From the NCBI GenBank assembly GCA_028866155.1, contig JAGWIT010000002.1, positions 1 to 43,985 of the forward strand: 43,985 bases of DNA, given 5' to 3'. The DNA is from Patescibacteria group bacterium (GTDB lineage Bacteria > Patescibacteriota > Minisyncoccia > Phycocordibacterales > SBAW01). This document shows positions 16,500 to 27,853 of this stretch, one piece after another (within the stretch, counting starts at the first letter, position 1; the number at the start of each line of letters is the position of its first letter). The translations under genes were made by a program, and so were the position numbers. The notes beneath the pieces are model-generated. The model was not told the DNA's origin and made no database searches. It saw only the letters and a program-made list of their open reading frames with translations.

Positions 16500-17411
16500 A
16501 TGCAGATTTGGGAGGGATTTAAACGGCATTTTATACCTTCGCACGAGAACGCCTACCAGCCAAAGATATTGCACCGTTCGTGGCTGCTGTTTTTTCTTGC
16601 GCTCGTGCTGGCGAGCGAGGGGTTCTTGGTCGCCGACCTTATCGCGCGGCAAGGAGATCAGAACTTTTTGGCCGCGGTGGTGTCGGCCGAGGTGGTCGCG
16701 CTCACCAACGACGAGCGCGCGCAAAATAATGTCGGCCATCTGGCGACCAGCGCGCTCTTAACCCAGGCCGCGCAAGCCAAAGCCGATGACATGGCGCAAA
16801 AAGGATATTTCTCCCACACGGGGCCCGACGGCAAAACGCCGTGGCAGTGGATATCGGCGGCGGGATATCGCTATCAATATGCGGGAGAGAATCTGGCGGT
16901 GCGGTTTGTCAATTCGTCCGACGTGGTCAACGCGTGGATGGCGTCGCCGGCGCATCGCGACAATATGGTGAAGCCCGTCTACACCCAGATAGGCGTCGGC
17001 GTCGCGCAAGGGTTATTTCAAGGGCAGATGGCGGCCTATGTCGTACAGTTTTTTGGCGCGCCCGCTGCGGGCGCAAATATAAATAATTCCGCGGCCGCTG
17101 TGGCGGCTTCTGCGCCAAGCGCGCCGCTTGCCCAATCACTGCAGCGGCAAATTTTGCGTGCGCTCGCAGACCCCGAGGTGGTGAGCAGCGGCGTCCTCGG
17201 CGGCACGGCGACGCTTCTCATTATCGCGCTTCTGCTGACGTTCTTTATGCACGTGCAGATTCAGCCCGCACACACCCTAATGCAGGCGGCGATCGTCGTC
17301 GCCTTCGCGCTCTCGTTCCTGCTCCTCAACGAGCGCCTCGTCTCGGCCAACAGAAGCGGATTGATGCCGCAAGACCAAGCGGCGAGCGTGGGGTACAGTT
17401 TGTTTCCCTGA
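16500..17411 (+). CDS. CAP (SCP/PR-1-like) domain protein with a C-terminal membrane anchor
   Basis: The CAP-domain blocks NDERAQNNV, AKADDMAQKGYFSHTGPDG, YAGENLA and WMASPAHRDNM are followed by hydrophobic C-terminal helices. Confidence 0.8.
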   Translation: MQIWEGFKRHFIPSHENAYQPKILHRSWLLFFLALVLASEGFLVADLIARQGDQNFLAAVVSAEVVALTNDERAQNNVGHLATSALLTQAAQAKADDMAQKGYFSHTGPDGKTPWQWISAAGYRYQYAGENLAVRFVNSSDVVNAWMASPAHRDNMVKPVYTQIGVGVAQGLFQGQMAAYVVQFFGAPAAGANINNSAAAVAASAPSAPLAQSLQRQILRALADPEVVSSGVLGGTATLLIIALLLTFFMHVQIQPAHTLMQAAIVVAFALSFLLLNERLVSANRSGLMPQDQAASVGYSLFP

Positions 17412-17885
17412 TTATTTTTTCTGTATCGATTTTGGCGCGCTCACAAACGCGGCCCAATGATCCGTTTTTGTAAACATCGGATCTTTCCAGCGTTTATCAA
17501 ATTCTTTGGCGGGAAGAACGATGACGGTACCAAGCCTTTCTGTGGGATCAAGGAGGTGTATATTTTTTCCTTTATATCCGAGCACGATGGCATAGTGGCC
17601 CCATTGCCAATGCAATTCTGTATACGCAACAATAATGATGCTTCCTTTGGCCAGCTCTTGGCGTATGTCTGCAAGATTTTTTTTGTTGCCCGAGGCAACC
17701 TCTAAGTTAAAACTGTCCAGCGCTTGTATCATGCCCCTGGTCGAAGTGCCTATCCTCGAATTTGTTCCTGCAAGTTTTGCAAGTTTTTTTTGAGTTTGGC
17801 GCATGCCATGAGCGGCAAGGACCATTTGCAGGATAGCCGGTCCGCAATAATAGTTATTAATCTGATGGGCGTGCGGTATGCGCAT
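17412..17885 (-). CDS. C39-like (papain-fold) cysteine peptidase domain protein
   Basis: 157 aa. NNYYCGPAILQMVLAAHG contains the candidate catalytic Cys, and there is a later GHYAIVLGY His block. Confidence 0.65.
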   Translation of the reverse strand: MRIPHAHQINNYYCGPAILQMVLAAHGMRQTQKKLAKLAGTNSRIGTSTRGMIQALDSFNLEVASGNKKNLADIRQELAKGSIIIVAYTELHWQWGHYAIVLGYKGKNIHLLDPTERLGTVIVLPAKEFDKRWKDPMFTKTDHWAAFVSAPKSIQKK

Positions 17886-17962
17886 GTGCCCATCATACTT
17901 GATTTTAAAGCCGGGGGATAATGGGCTTGCTCTAGCCCTCGGAGGAGGGTAGGCTTACGGGT

Positions 17963-18469
17963 ATGTCTCGACGCACACTTGTCACCGGCATCGCGGTTGC
18001 CCTCGCGCTCGCGGTCGTGGTTGTCTTTTTTATTTTTAATCCTTTTACCATGCAAAGTAACCCTGCGCTCAACCCCGCGGCCGGCCAGGGATCGACCGGA
18101 GCGCCGGCGTCGCTTGTTGTGCAAGATGAGGTCGTCGGTACCGGCGCCGCGGTTCAACCGGGCGACACGGTCACGGTCAATTACACCGGCAAGCTCCAAG
18201 ACGGCACCGTTTTTGACACTTCGGTCGGCAGGGCTCCGTTTCAATTTACGGTGGGAGCGGGGCAGGTTATCCCCGGCTGGGATCAAGGGCTGGTCGGCAT
18301 GCAAGCGGGAGGCAAGCGCATACTCATCATCCCGCCGTCTCTGGCCTACGGCGCGCAGGGAGCGGGGCCGATTCCTCCCAACGCAACGCTGACGTTTGAA
18401 GTCGATTTGTTGAGTATCACGCCGGCATCCAGCACTGCGCCGATACCCGAAGGCCCCGCTGCGCAGTAA
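17963..18469 (+). CDS. FKBP-type peptidyl-prolyl cis-trans isomerase, membrane anchored
   Basis: An N-terminal TM helix followed by the FKBP blocks [39 protein letters not shown] and [10 protein letters not shown]. Confidence 0.9.
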   Translation: MSRRTLVTGIAVALALAVVVVFFIFNPFTMQSNPALNPAAGQGSTGAPASLVVQDEVVGTGAAVQPGDTVTVNYTGKLQDGTVFDTSVGRAPFQFTVGAGQVIPGWDQGLVGMQAGGKRILIIPPSLAYGAQGAGPIPPNATLTFEVDLLSITPASSTAPIPEGPAAQ

Positions 18470-19744
<1,275 letters not shown>

Positions 19745-19753
19745 AGTGTCTTG

Positions 19754-21895
19754 ATGGCAGGTTTTAAAATCAAGTCAAACTACAAGCCCGCGGGAGACCA
19801 GCCGAAGGCCATTGAAGCTTTGGTAAAGGGACTCAAAGCGGGAGAGCGGCACCAAACTTTGCTCGGCGTCACCGGCTCTGGCAAGACTTTTACCATTGCC
19901 AACGTCATCGAGGCGGTACAAAAACCGACGCTCGTCATCGCGCACAATAAAACGCTCGCCGCCCAGCTGGCGCAGGAGTATCGCGAGTTTTTCCCCGGTA
20001 ACGCGGTGCACTATTTCGTCTCCTACTACGACTACTATCAGCCCGAGGCGTACATCCCGCACAGCGACACCTATATCGAGAAGGAGGCGCAGATTAACGA
20101 AGAGATAGATCGCCTGCGCCACGCGTCGACCCAGGCTTTGCTCACGCGCCGCGATGTCATCATAGTCGCGAGTGTTTCGTGCATCTATGCGCTCGGCTCG
20201 CCCGAAGAGTATCGCAAGGTGCACCTTGAGCTGGGCGCCGGCGTCAAAAAAAATCGCACCGAGCTTATCCGCGAATTAATAAATTTGTATTTTGAGCGCA
20301 CGACTGCCGACCTCACGCCGGGCACCTTTCGCGCGCTCGGCAACAGCGTTGAAATAATGCCGACCGGCGAGCGCGTGCTTTACCGAGTCGAGTTCGCCCA
20401 TTCGACGGGTTCAGGGCAAGGAGGCGATATCATTGAGCGCGTGCGCGTCATCGACGCCGTGACCCGCGCAGAAAAGGAGTCTTCTGCCTCGCTGTTTCTT
20501 TTTCCCGCCAAGCACTACGTCACGCCCGAGGACGAGCGCGCACGGGCTATTGGCGACATCAAACATGAGCTTCGCGAGCAGCTCGCCAAATTTGAGCGCG
20601 CCGGTAAAGTGCTCGAAGCCGAGCGCCTCAAGCGCCGCACCAACCACGACCTGGCGCTCATCCGCGAGATAGGCTACTGCAACGGGATAGAAAATTATTC
20701 GCGCCACTTCGACGGGCGCAAGCCCGGTGAACCGCCGTATTCATTGCTCGAATATTTTCCGCACACTAAAGGCGGCAAACCCGACTTTTTGACCGTCATC
20801 GACGAGTCGCATGTGACCGTACCGCAGATCGGAGGCATGTACGAGGGCGACCGCGCGCGCAAGCAAAATTTGATCGAGTTCGGCTTTCGCTTGCCGAGCG
20901 CGATAGACAATCGGCCCTTGCAGTTTAGCGAATTTGAGGAGCGCATCGGGCAAACCATTTACACCTCGGCGACGCCGGGCGTATTCGAGCGCGGGGCGAG
21001 CGGCACACAAGTGGTCGAGCAGATAATTCGCCCAACCGGCCTGGTAGACCCCGAGATACTGGTGCGCCCGGTAACAGGCGTTTCGGCGAAGTCTGCTTCC
21101 CGCTCATCCTCCGTCGAGGACTCCATCGGCGTTCACGTCCAGCAAACTTCGCCTTCGCATGGCTATCCGGGTCAGGTACAGGATTTTTTAGAAGAAGCCG
21201 AAAAGGTGATTGCAAAAGGGGCGCGCGTGATGGTCACGACGCTCACCAAAAAAATGGCCGAGGATCTTTCGGATTATCTTAAGGAGAAAAAAATCAAAGC
21301 CGCCTACCTGCACAGCGATGTCGAGACGCTCGAGCGCATTACGACGCTCACCGACCTGCGCAAGGGCGCGTTCGATGTTTTGGTAGGGGTCAACCTGCTT
21401 CGCGAGGGGTTGGATTTGCCCGAAGTCGAGTTGGTCGCGATACTCGACGCCGACAAAGAGGGTTTCTTGCGCAGTGAGACGTCGCTTATCCAGACCATCG
21501 GCCGCGCCGCGCGCAACGTCAACGGCCGCGTGATTTTGTACGCCGACCAAATGACCAGCTCGCTCGAAAAGGCGATAGGCGAGACCAATCGCCGCCGCGC
21601 GGTACAGGAGGCCTACAACAAAAAGCACGGTATCACGCCGCAGAGCATTAAAAAAGCAATAAAAGATATTACCGAAGAGCTCAGAAGCGAGCACGGCAAA
21701 GCGGTCAAGGTGCTTTTGGATGTCGATCAAGAGCTCTACAAAAAGAACCCGCGCAAGTTCATTGCCGATAAGCGAAAAGCTATGGCCGAAGCAGTGCGTG
21801 ACCTCGACTTCGAAACCGCCGCGATTTTGAGGGACGAAATCTACTCCTTAAGCGGGCAGGGAATAACTGCCAACGCAAAAAAAGCAAAAAAGTAG
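19754..21895 (+). CDS. uvrB: Excinuclease ABC subunit B
   Basis: [10 protein letters not shown], Walker [13 protein letters not shown], helicase motifs, and the C-terminal UVR domain ([14 protein letters not shown]). I prefer the ATG at 19754 to the TTG at 19751. Confidence 0.95.
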   Translation: MAGFKIKSNYKPAGDQPKAIEALVKGLKAGERHQTLLGVTGSGKTFTIANVIEAVQKPTLVIAHNKTLAAQLAQEYREFFPGNAVHYFVSYYDYYQPEAYIPHSDTYIEKEAQINEEIDRLRHASTQALLTRRDVIIVASVSCIYALGSPEEYRKVHLELGAGVKKNRTELIRELINLYFERTTADLTPGTFRALGNSVEIMPTGERVLYRVEFAHSTGSGQGGDIIERVRVIDAVTRAEKESSASLFLFPAKHYVTPEDERARAIGDIKHELREQLAKFERAGKVLEAERLKRRTNHDLALIREIGYCNGIENYSRHFDGRKPGEPPYSLLEYFPHTKGGKPDFLTVIDESHVTVPQIGGMYEGDRARKQNLIEFGFRLPSAIDNRPLQFSEFEERIGQTIYTSATPGVFERGASGTQVVEQIIRPTGLVDPEILVRPVTGVSAKSASRSSSVEDSIGVHVQQTSPSHGYPGQVQDFLEEAEKVIAKGARVMVTTLTKKMAEDLSDYLKEKKIKAAYLHSDVETLERITTLTDLRKGAFDVLVGVNLLREGLDLPEVELVAILDADKEGFLRSETSLIQTIGRAARNVNGRVILYADQMTSSLEKAIGETNRRRAVQEAYNKKHGITPQSIKKAIKDITEELRSEHGKAVKVLLDVDQELYKKNPRKFIADKRKAMAEAVRDLDFETAAILRDEIYSLSGQGITANAKKAKK
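21085..21153. repeat. Hairpin element related to family B, in frame inside uvrB
   Basis: The arms ggcgaagtctgc / gcaaacttcgcc pair over 12 bp with one mismatch. The junctions tctgcttcc and gcgttcacgtccagca resemble the uvrC copy junctions atctgcttcc and gcgctcactccagca. Confidence 0.6.
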
Positions 21896-21932
21896 TATAC
21901 TAATGGCGGGAAGGGGGCTCAAGGAGGGGTCT

Positions 21933-22034
21933 ATGTCAAACGTTGTGCTCGCAGGTGTGGGTATATTCATCCTTGCGGTAGTGATTGCCGCAATCCAGAC
22001 CGGATATCCGTTTTGCAGAAAAATCAAAATATGA
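21933..22034 (+). CDS. Small hydrophobic peptide (33 aa), hypothetical
   Basis: Not in the ORF track because it is under 60 aa. An AAGGAGGGG Shine-Dalgarno sequence lies 5 nt before the ATG. The peptide is MSNVVLAGVGIFILAVVIAAIQTGYPFCRKIKI, and an intrinsic terminator follows. Confidence 0.4.
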   Translation: MSNVVLAGVGIFILAVVIAAIQTGYPFCRKIKI

Positions 22035-22051
22035 CGGATGTCAGCTTGTCG

Positions 22052-22081
22052 GGCCGCGTTGCAACATACGCGGCCTTTTTG
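22052..22081 (+). terminator. Intrinsic terminator
   Basis: The stem ggccgcgt / acgcggcc with the loop tgcaacat, followed by ttttt. Confidence 0.6.
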
Positions 22082-22100
22082 TGCAAACTTGGCACAAGCA

Positions 22101-22109
22101 TGCTATAAT
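22101..22109 (+). promoter_or_regulatory. Candidate extended -10 promoter element upstream of uvrA
   Basis: tgctataat matches TGnTATAAT and lies about 50 nt before the uvrA ATG. I see no good -35 element at canonical spacing. Confidence 0.4.
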
Positions 22110-22157
22110 CTGCGCATACCAACCCCTCGCGTACTGCGTGGGGATAAAACCGTTGCT

Positions 22158-24755
22158 ATGGAGGAAAAAATCACTATAAAAGGCGCCAAGACGCACAACC
22201 TCAAGAATATTTCTTTGACGTTGCCGCGCAATAAGATGATACTGTTCACCGGACTCTCAGGTTCGGGGAAGTCGTCTTTGGCGTTCGACACTATTTTTGC
22301 CGAGGGCCAACGCCGCTATATCGAGTCGCTCTCGGCGTACGCGCGGCAATTTTTGCGCCAGATGCAAAAGCCCGACGTCGAGGAGATAACCGGCCTCTCG
22401 CCGGCGATATCCATCGACCAAAAGTCGCGCTCCAACAACCCGCGCTCGACCGTCGCGACGATTACCGAAATTTATGATTACCTGCGCATTCTTTATGCGC
22501 GCGTCGGCAAGCCGCACTGCTTGGTCTGCGGCCGCGAGATTAAAAAGCACAGCAACGAGGAGATAATCCAAAGCATCATTGAGTCGGTCTCTTCCCACGT
22601 GCCTAAAAAAACGCGAAAGGTGATGGGGGTTGAGCTGAGCGACGATGTCGTGCGCATCTACGCGCCGGTCGTTGTCGGCCGCAAAGGCGAATATTATCAA
22701 CTACTCTACGACCTCCTCGGCAAAGGCTTTGAAAAGGCCAAGATCGACGGCAAGCTCCTCAACCTGCGCGAGCGAGTCGAGCTGGCGCGCCACAAAAAGC
22801 ACGACATCGACGCTTTGGTGGATGAGATTTTGATTGCGGATTTTGCGCCTGCGCAAAAAGATATAAGCAGACAAAAAGCCGCGATTGAACGACTCTCCGA
22901 GGCGGTCGAGCGGGCTCTACAAGAAGCCGATGGATTGGTAAAGGTTGAGGAGGCCGGCGAAACGCGCATCGTGTCCTCAAAATTTATGTGTCCGTACGAC
23001 GGATTCTCATTCCCTGAGGTCGAGCCGCGGCTGTTTTCGTTTAACTCGCCGTATGGCGCGTGTCCTGCCTGCAACGGTTTGGGCACCAAGCATTTTTGGT
23101 CTGACGAGCCGTGCCCGGTGTGCCACGGCAAGCGCCTGCGACCCGAGGCTTTGAACGTGTTTCTCGGCAGCAAAATAAATATCGTTGATGTGACCAAACA
23201 ATCCATCGCCGACGCTTTCGAATTTTTTGACAATCTCGAACTCAACAAAAAAGACCAGGAGATATCGAAGACGGTCGTCAAAGAGATAACCGCGCGGCTG
23301 CGGTTTATGCTCGACGTTGGTTTGGATTATTTGACCCTCGACCGCCGCGCCAACACTTTGAGCGGCGGCGAGGCCCAGCGCATCCGCCTTGCCTCGCAGC
23401 TGGGCTCCGGCCTCGTGGGCGCTTTGTACGTGCTCGACGAACCGACCATCGGCCTGCATCAGCGCGACAACGAGCGGCTCATCAAAACGCTCGCCAATTT
23501 GCGCGACTTGGGCAACACCATCATCGTCGTTGAGCACGATGAGGACACCATTTACTCGGGCGATTATTTGGTCGACATCGGGCCGGGTGCCGGGGTGCAC
23601 GGCGGCAAAATAGTTGTCGCGGGCGAACTCGACAAACTGCTCACCGCCAAGAAAAACGACAGCGGCTCGGTGACACTCGCCTATCTGCGCGGCGAGAAGG
23701 CCATTGCCGTCCCCGCGGAGAGGCGAGAGAAGGACAAAGGCAAAATAGAGATTAAGGGCGGCAAGGCTTTCAATATAAAAAACTTGTCGGCCGAGATACC
23801 GCTCGGGCGGCTCGTCGCGGTGACCGGCGTGTCGGGGTCGGGGAAGTCGACCTTTCTATACGAAATCCTTTATCAAAACCTGCGCGCGCGTTTCGACAAG
23901 CGCTACCGCTCCAACAAAACGTACAATGCCGCGAAGGTTGTGGGCACCGAACATCTTTCGCGCGCGATACTCATCGACCAGTCGCCGATAGGGCGTACGC
24001 CGCGCTCAAACCCTGCCACGTATACCGGCGCGTTCAGTTTTATCCGCGACCTTTTTGCCTCTACCGGCGAGGCGCGCGCACGCGGATGGAAGGCCTCGCG
24101 CTTCTCCTTCAATGTGCCGCAGGCGCGCAGCAGCGGCCGCTGTGAGGCCTGCGAGGGCAACGGTGTAATCGCGGTCGAGATGCACTTTTTGCCGACGGTA
24201 TATGTCACCTGCGACGTGTGCAACGGCAAGCGGTTCATGAAAGAGACGCTCGAGGTGAAATATAAAAAGAAGAGCATCTACGATATTTTGACCATGACTA
24301 TCGAAGAAGCCATTCAATTCTTCAGCGATATCCCGGCGATTTATGACCGGCTCAAAACGCTTGAAGAGGTCGGCTTGGGGTATCTTGAGCTGGGGCAAAG
24401 TGCAACAACGCTCAGCGGCGGCGAGGCCCAGCGCGTCAAAATATCCGCCGAGCTCTACCGCCCGCATCTGCAAAAAACCATCTACCTGCTCGACGAGCCG
24501 ACGGTGGGGCTCCATTACGAGGACGTGCAAAAATTAATAGACATACTCAACCGGCTCGTGGCGGCAGGCAACACGGTCATCCTTATCGAGCACAACATGG
24601 ATGTGATAAAGAGCGCCGACTATCTGCTTGACTTCGGCCCCGAGGGAGGCGAAGGCGGCGGCAACCTCGTTGCCAAAGGTACGCCCGAGGAAGTGGCCAA
24701 CAACAAAAACTCCCACACCGGCAAATATCTCAAGCGCGTGCTAAAGGGAAGATAA
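22158..24755 (+). CDS. uvrA: Excinuclease ABC subunit A
   Basis: Two ABC modules ([10 protein letters not shown] and GVSGSGKST; LSGGEAQR occurs twice) and zinc-finger cysteines. The start is trimmed to the ATG at 22158 ([17 protein letters not shown]). Confidence 0.95.
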   Translation: MEEKITIKGAKTHNLKNISLTLPRNKMILFTGLSGSGKSSLAFDTIFAEGQRRYIESLSAYARQFLRQMQKPDVEEITGLSPAISIDQKSRSNNPRSTVATITEIYDYLRILYARVGKPHCLVCGREIKKHSNEEIIQSIIESVSSHVPKKTRKVMGVELSDDVVRIYAPVVVGRKGEYYQLLYDLLGKGFEKAKIDGKLLNLRERVELARHKKHDIDALVDEILIADFAPAQKDISRQKAAIERLSEAVERALQEADGLVKVEEAGETRIVSSKFMCPYDGFSFPEVEPRLFSFNSPYGACPACNGLGTKHFWSDEPCPVCHGKRLRPEALNVFLGSKINIVDVTKQSIADAFEFFDNLELNKKDQEISKTVVKEITARLRFMLDVGLDYLTLDRRANTLSGGEAQRIRLASQLGSGLVGALYVLDEPTIGLHQRDNERLIKTLANLRDLGNTIIVVEHDEDTIYSGDYLVDIGPGAGVHGGKIVVAGELDKLLTAKKNDSGSVTLAYLRGEKAIAVPAERREKDKGKIEIKGGKAFNIKNLSAEIPLGRLVAVTGVSGSGKSTFLYEILYQNLRARFDKRYRSNKTYNAAKVVGTEHLSRAILIDQSPIGRTPRSNPATYTGAFSFIRDLFASTGEARARGWKASRFSFNVPQARSSGRCEACEGNGVIAVEMHFLPTVYVTCDVCNGKRFMKETLEVKYKKKSIYDILTMTIEEAIQFFSDIPAIYDRLKTLEEVGLGYLELGQSATTLSGGEAQRVKISAELYRPHLQKTIYLLDEPTVGLHYEDVQKLIDILNRLVAAGNTVILIEHNMDVIKSADYLLDFGPEGGEGGGNLVAKGTPEEVANNKNSHTGKYLKRVLKGR

Positions 24756-24760
24756 TCGCT

Positions 24761-26077
24761 ATGACATTGGAGGAATTTAAAAAGAAAGCAAAAAAGATGC
24801 CGGATGTCCCTGGCGTATATTTCTTTTTAGATAAACATAAAAAGATACTTTATATCGGGAAGGCTACGAGCCTGCGTGACCGCGTGCGTTCATACTTCGC
24901 GCCCGATTTGGCAGAAAGTCGCGGGCCGTGGATAGTCGCGATGATAGAAAAGGCAACATCAATAGACTGGCGGCAGACCGACTCGGTTTTGGAGGCTCTG
25001 ATTCTTGAGGCGAATCTCATCAAAAACTATAAGCCAAAGCACAACACCGACCTTAAAGACGACAAAAGCTGGAACTACGTTGTTATAACCAAAGAAGATT
25101 TCCCTAGGGTATTGTTGGTGAGAGGGAAAGAGCTGGCTCAGCAACAATCTGCTTCCGTTCCCCTTGGCAGTTCGCAGCGCTCACTCCAGCAGATTGTTGC
25201 TGAGCCCGCAAAGACGTTTGGGCCATTTCCACACGGGTTGCAACTCAAAGAAGCGATGCGCATCATCCGCAAAATTTTTCCCTATCGCGACACGTGCGTA
25301 CCGGCTCCCGAAATGATAGCCGCAGGGAAGAAGCCGAAAGCGTGCTTTAACCGGCACATCGGGTTGTGCCCGGGCGTATGCACGGGAGAAATCTCAAAAA
25401 CCGAATATCGAAAAATTATCCGCCGCATCACGCTGTTGTTTGAGGGCAAGAAGCAAACTTTGCTCAAGAGCCTCGAGCGTGATATGCACTTTGCGGCACG
25501 CAAAGAAATATTTGAAGAGGCTGCCAGCTTGCGAAAGCAAATTTTTGCATTGCAGCATATTCAAGATGTGTCGCTCATTAAAGATGAATACCGATATTAC
25601 GGGTTTACGAAATCCGTATCAAGCGGACGGATAGAAGCTTACGATATCGCGCATTTGGCCGGCTCGGCCAACGTCGGCGTTATGACGGTCGTCGAAGACG
25701 GCATGGCACAGAAAAGCGAATATCGAAAATTTAGGATACGTTCGGCAAAGGCGGGTGATGATGCGGGCGCTCTGCGCGAGATACTCTCGCGCCGCTTGGG
25801 CCACGAGTGGCCCTTGCCTCGACTCATCGCCGTCGACGGTGCCGCAGCTCAAATAAACGCCGCACAGCGCGTGCTCAAGGAGTATGGCGTCGGCATACCG
25901 GTCGTAGGGGTTGTTAAAGACGAAAAGCACCGCCCGCGTGAAATTCGCGGCCTACCTGCACGGGCAGGTGACCGCACTCAACTTGAGCGTGACATCCTCC
26001 TCGCTAACGCCGAAGCTCACCGCTTTGCGATAACCTACCACCGCAAGCGCTCAAGAAGAGACTTGACAATTAAATAA
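24761..26077 (+). CDS. uvrC: Excinuclease ABC subunit C, short form lacking the C-terminal (HhH)2 domain
   Basis: A GIY-YIG domain (GVYFFLD...ILYIGKA), a UVR domain (FEEAASLRKQIFALQ) and an endonuclease domain (IEAYDIAHL...). The ORF ends right after HRFAITYHRK, at 438 aa. Confidence 0.9.
   Translation: MTLEEFKKKAKKMPDVPGVYFFLDKHKKILYIGKATSLRDRVRSYFAPDLAESRGPWIVAMIEKATSIDWRQTDSVLEALILEANLIKNYKPKHNTDLKDDKSWNYVVITKEDFPRVLLVRGKELAQQQSASVPLGSSQRSLQQIVAEPAKTFGPFPHGLQLKEAMRIIRKIFPYRDTCVPAPEMIAAGKKPKACFNRHIGLCPGVCTGEISKTEYRKIIRRITLLFEGKKQTLLKSLERDMHFAARKEIFEEAASLRKQIFALQHIQDVSLIKDEYRYYGFTKSVSSGRIEAYDIAHLAGSANVGVMTVVEDGMAQKSEYRKFRIRSAKAGDDAGALREILSRRLGHEWPLPRLIAVDGAAAQINAAQRVLKEYGVGIPVVGVVKDEKHRPREIRGLPARAGDRTQLERDILLANAEAHRFAITYHRKRSRRDLTIK
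25135..25206. repeat. Hairpin element, family B, in frame inside uvrC (18-bp perfect arms with a 36-nt core, opposite orientation to the tgt copy)
   Basis: ggctcagcaacaatctgc (25135-25152) pairs with gcagattgttgctgagcc (25189-25206). The core is ttccgttccccttggcagttcgcagcgctcactcca. Confidence 0.85.
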
Positions 26078-26126
26078 AAATAGGTTAAACTTGTTTCAGT
26101 TGTAACTGTTCACGAAGGAGGCAGCA

Positions 26127-26690
26127 ATGCCGTCATTTCTCGCTCGTCTCTGGCGGTGTCTCTTCGTGTGGAGGGCTCCGGCGCCGCGCGGCGACCTTTC
26201 GGACGCCCAGGCTATCTTCACCCAAGCCGCGTCGAACCTTGTCGGGGGCGCGTCGAGCCAGACGAATATTGCGCTTGCGCGCTTTGCGCAAGACTTGCAC
26301 AAACGTCTGGGTCTGCCCGTCTATGCACAGGGAGAAGTTGCTGAAGTGCTCAAACAGAACGGCGTGCCATTGGTCGGCGAAACTCCCAAACAGGGCACGG
26401 CATGGATAGGTGGAGAGACCTACATCTCTACGATGACGGTCGCCCGCGCTCAGCAGGCAAAAGCTCTCTCGATGGGATGGAAGACAATCATCCCCGTCAC
26501 CTTCCTCCCGCACATCGGGCGCACGGTGTGGGTATACGAGCGGATGGGCCTCAGGGTCATCATCCCGCCTGACCTGCCCAAGAACCTGTACGAAAAGAAA
26601 ATGGAATTGCGCTATTGGCGCTACCGCGTGACAGGGTATGCGTACGAACTTGCCGCGCGCCTCGCGTACTTGTACAAGGGGTATATCTGA
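26127..26690 (+). CDS. Hypothetical protein, possibly YdcF/DUF218-like
   Basis: 187-aa ORF with a GAAGGAGG Shine-Dalgarno sequence upstream. The C-terminal pattern STMTVARAQQ...IIPVTFLPHIGRT...GLRV loosely resembles the DUF218 core. Confidence 0.55.
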   Translation: MPSFLARLWRCLFVWRAPAPRGDLSDAQAIFTQAASNLVGGASSQTNIALARFAQDLHKRLGLPVYAQGEVAEVLKQNGVPLVGETPKQGTAWIGGETYISTMTVARAQQAKALSMGWKTIIPVTFLPHIGRTVWVYERMGLRVIIPPDLPKNLYEKKMELRYWRYRVTGYAYELAARLAYLYKGYI

Positions 26691-26696
26691 GAATTG

Positions 26697-26729
26697 TGCG
26701 GCTGCCTGAGACGGTAGCCGCATTTTTTT
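26697..26729 (+). terminator. Intrinsic terminator
   Basis: The stem tgcggctgcc / ggtagccgca (one G:T pair) with the loop tgagac, followed by ttttttt. Confidence 0.6.
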
Positions 26730-26749
26730 GTTCTGTTATTATCGGGTAT

Positions 26750-27835
26750 ATGCAACCCATCAAGAGCCCGGCATCCTTCATTGGCGTCAATGGCGACCAT
26801 GTTATCTCTTTTGGCTCGGGCCAGCCCGACCTTTTGCCGCCCAAGGAGATTTTTAAAAACCTAGAGACGCCGCGGCTTTTTAAATATGGTTTGGTGCAGG
26901 GCGATGAGGCTTTGCGCGAGGCGCTCGCGCGCGAATATCCGGCGGCAAAAGCGAGGGACTTCGTCGTAACCAACGGCGCGTCGGAAGCGCTCGACTTGGT
27001 CTTCAGGGCTATCCACGAAATGCACGGCAAGGTTAAAGTGCTCGTGTGCCGGCCGTACTATTATTCGTACCCGCCGGTCATTGAACTCGCGGGGCTCGAG
27101 CCCGTGTACACCGATCTTAAGGAAGGAAAGATAGACTTAGAGGATTTTAAAAAGAAAGTTCGCGGAGTCAAGGCGGTGCTCATCAACTCGCCGTCAAACC
27201 CCACCGGCCGCGTCGAAGATTTGGACACTTTGCGCGCCGTGGAGAAACTGTGTGCAAAGCTCGGCGTGTACGTTATATCTGATGAAGTTTACAAAGACCT
27301 GATATACGAGCGGGAGAATTATCTCATCAAGGGCAAGCACGTTATCACCATCAACTCGTTCTCAAAAACCTACTCGATGTGCGGATTGCGCATCGGCTAC
27401 CTCTTTGCCCGCGACCCGAAGATAGTGGAGACGGTTGTAGGCCTCAAGATCCACACCTCGATGAACACCAATATTTTGGGACAGGAGATGGCGCTGCGCG
27501 CGATGAAGGTCCCGCGCTCCTTTGTGGAGCGGCAAACCGAAGTGTGGCGCGAGAGGCGCGACTTCATCCACGGCGGGCTCATCGCGATGGGTTTTGACCT
27601 GTGGAAGCCCGAAGGCGCTTTTTATGTATTGCCTAAAATCAATCCGCCAACCGGCGGATCGGGCCGCGTCGTGTCGGAGCTTTTTTACAAGCACAAAGTT
27701 ATTGTCTACGACGGCGCGTGGTTTGGGGTACCCGGACGCATCCGGCTCTCTTACGCGCTTGAGCTGCCTAAAATAAAGGAGGGTCTCGCGCGTATCAAGT
27801 CCTATATCAAAGGGAAGGAAACTTGGCTCAAATAA
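26750..27835 (+). CDS. Pyridoxal phosphate-dependent aminotransferase (class I/II)
   Basis: The start is trimmed to the ATG at 26750, after the terminator. The protein contains SPSNPTG, DEVY and the PLP-lysine block NSFSKTYSMCGLRIGY. Confidence 0.85.
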   Translation: MQPIKSPASFIGVNGDHVISFGSGQPDLLPPKEIFKNLETPRLFKYGLVQGDEALREALAREYPAAKARDFVVTNGASEALDLVFRAIHEMHGKVKVLVCRPYYYSYPPVIELAGLEPVYTDLKEGKIDLEDFKKKVRGVKAVLINSPSNPTGRVEDLDTLRAVEKLCAKLGVYVISDEVYKDLIYERENYLIKGKHVITINSFSKTYSMCGLRIGYLFARDPKIVETVVGLKIHTSMNTNILGQEMALRAMKVPRSFVERQTEVWRERRDFIHGGLIAMGFDLWKPEGAFYVLPKINPPTGGSGRVVSELFYKHKVIVYDGAWFGVPGRIRLSYALELPKIKEGLARIKSYIKGKETWLK

Positions 27836-27853
27836 AGGCGGTATACTAATGCC

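Noticed and set aside
22843-22860. An 8-bp palindrome, ttttgcgc-ct-gcgcaaaa, inside uvrA.
   Set aside because: It is short, shares nothing with the element families, and does not correspond to an obvious protein-level insertion. This is within chance expectation for 44 kb.
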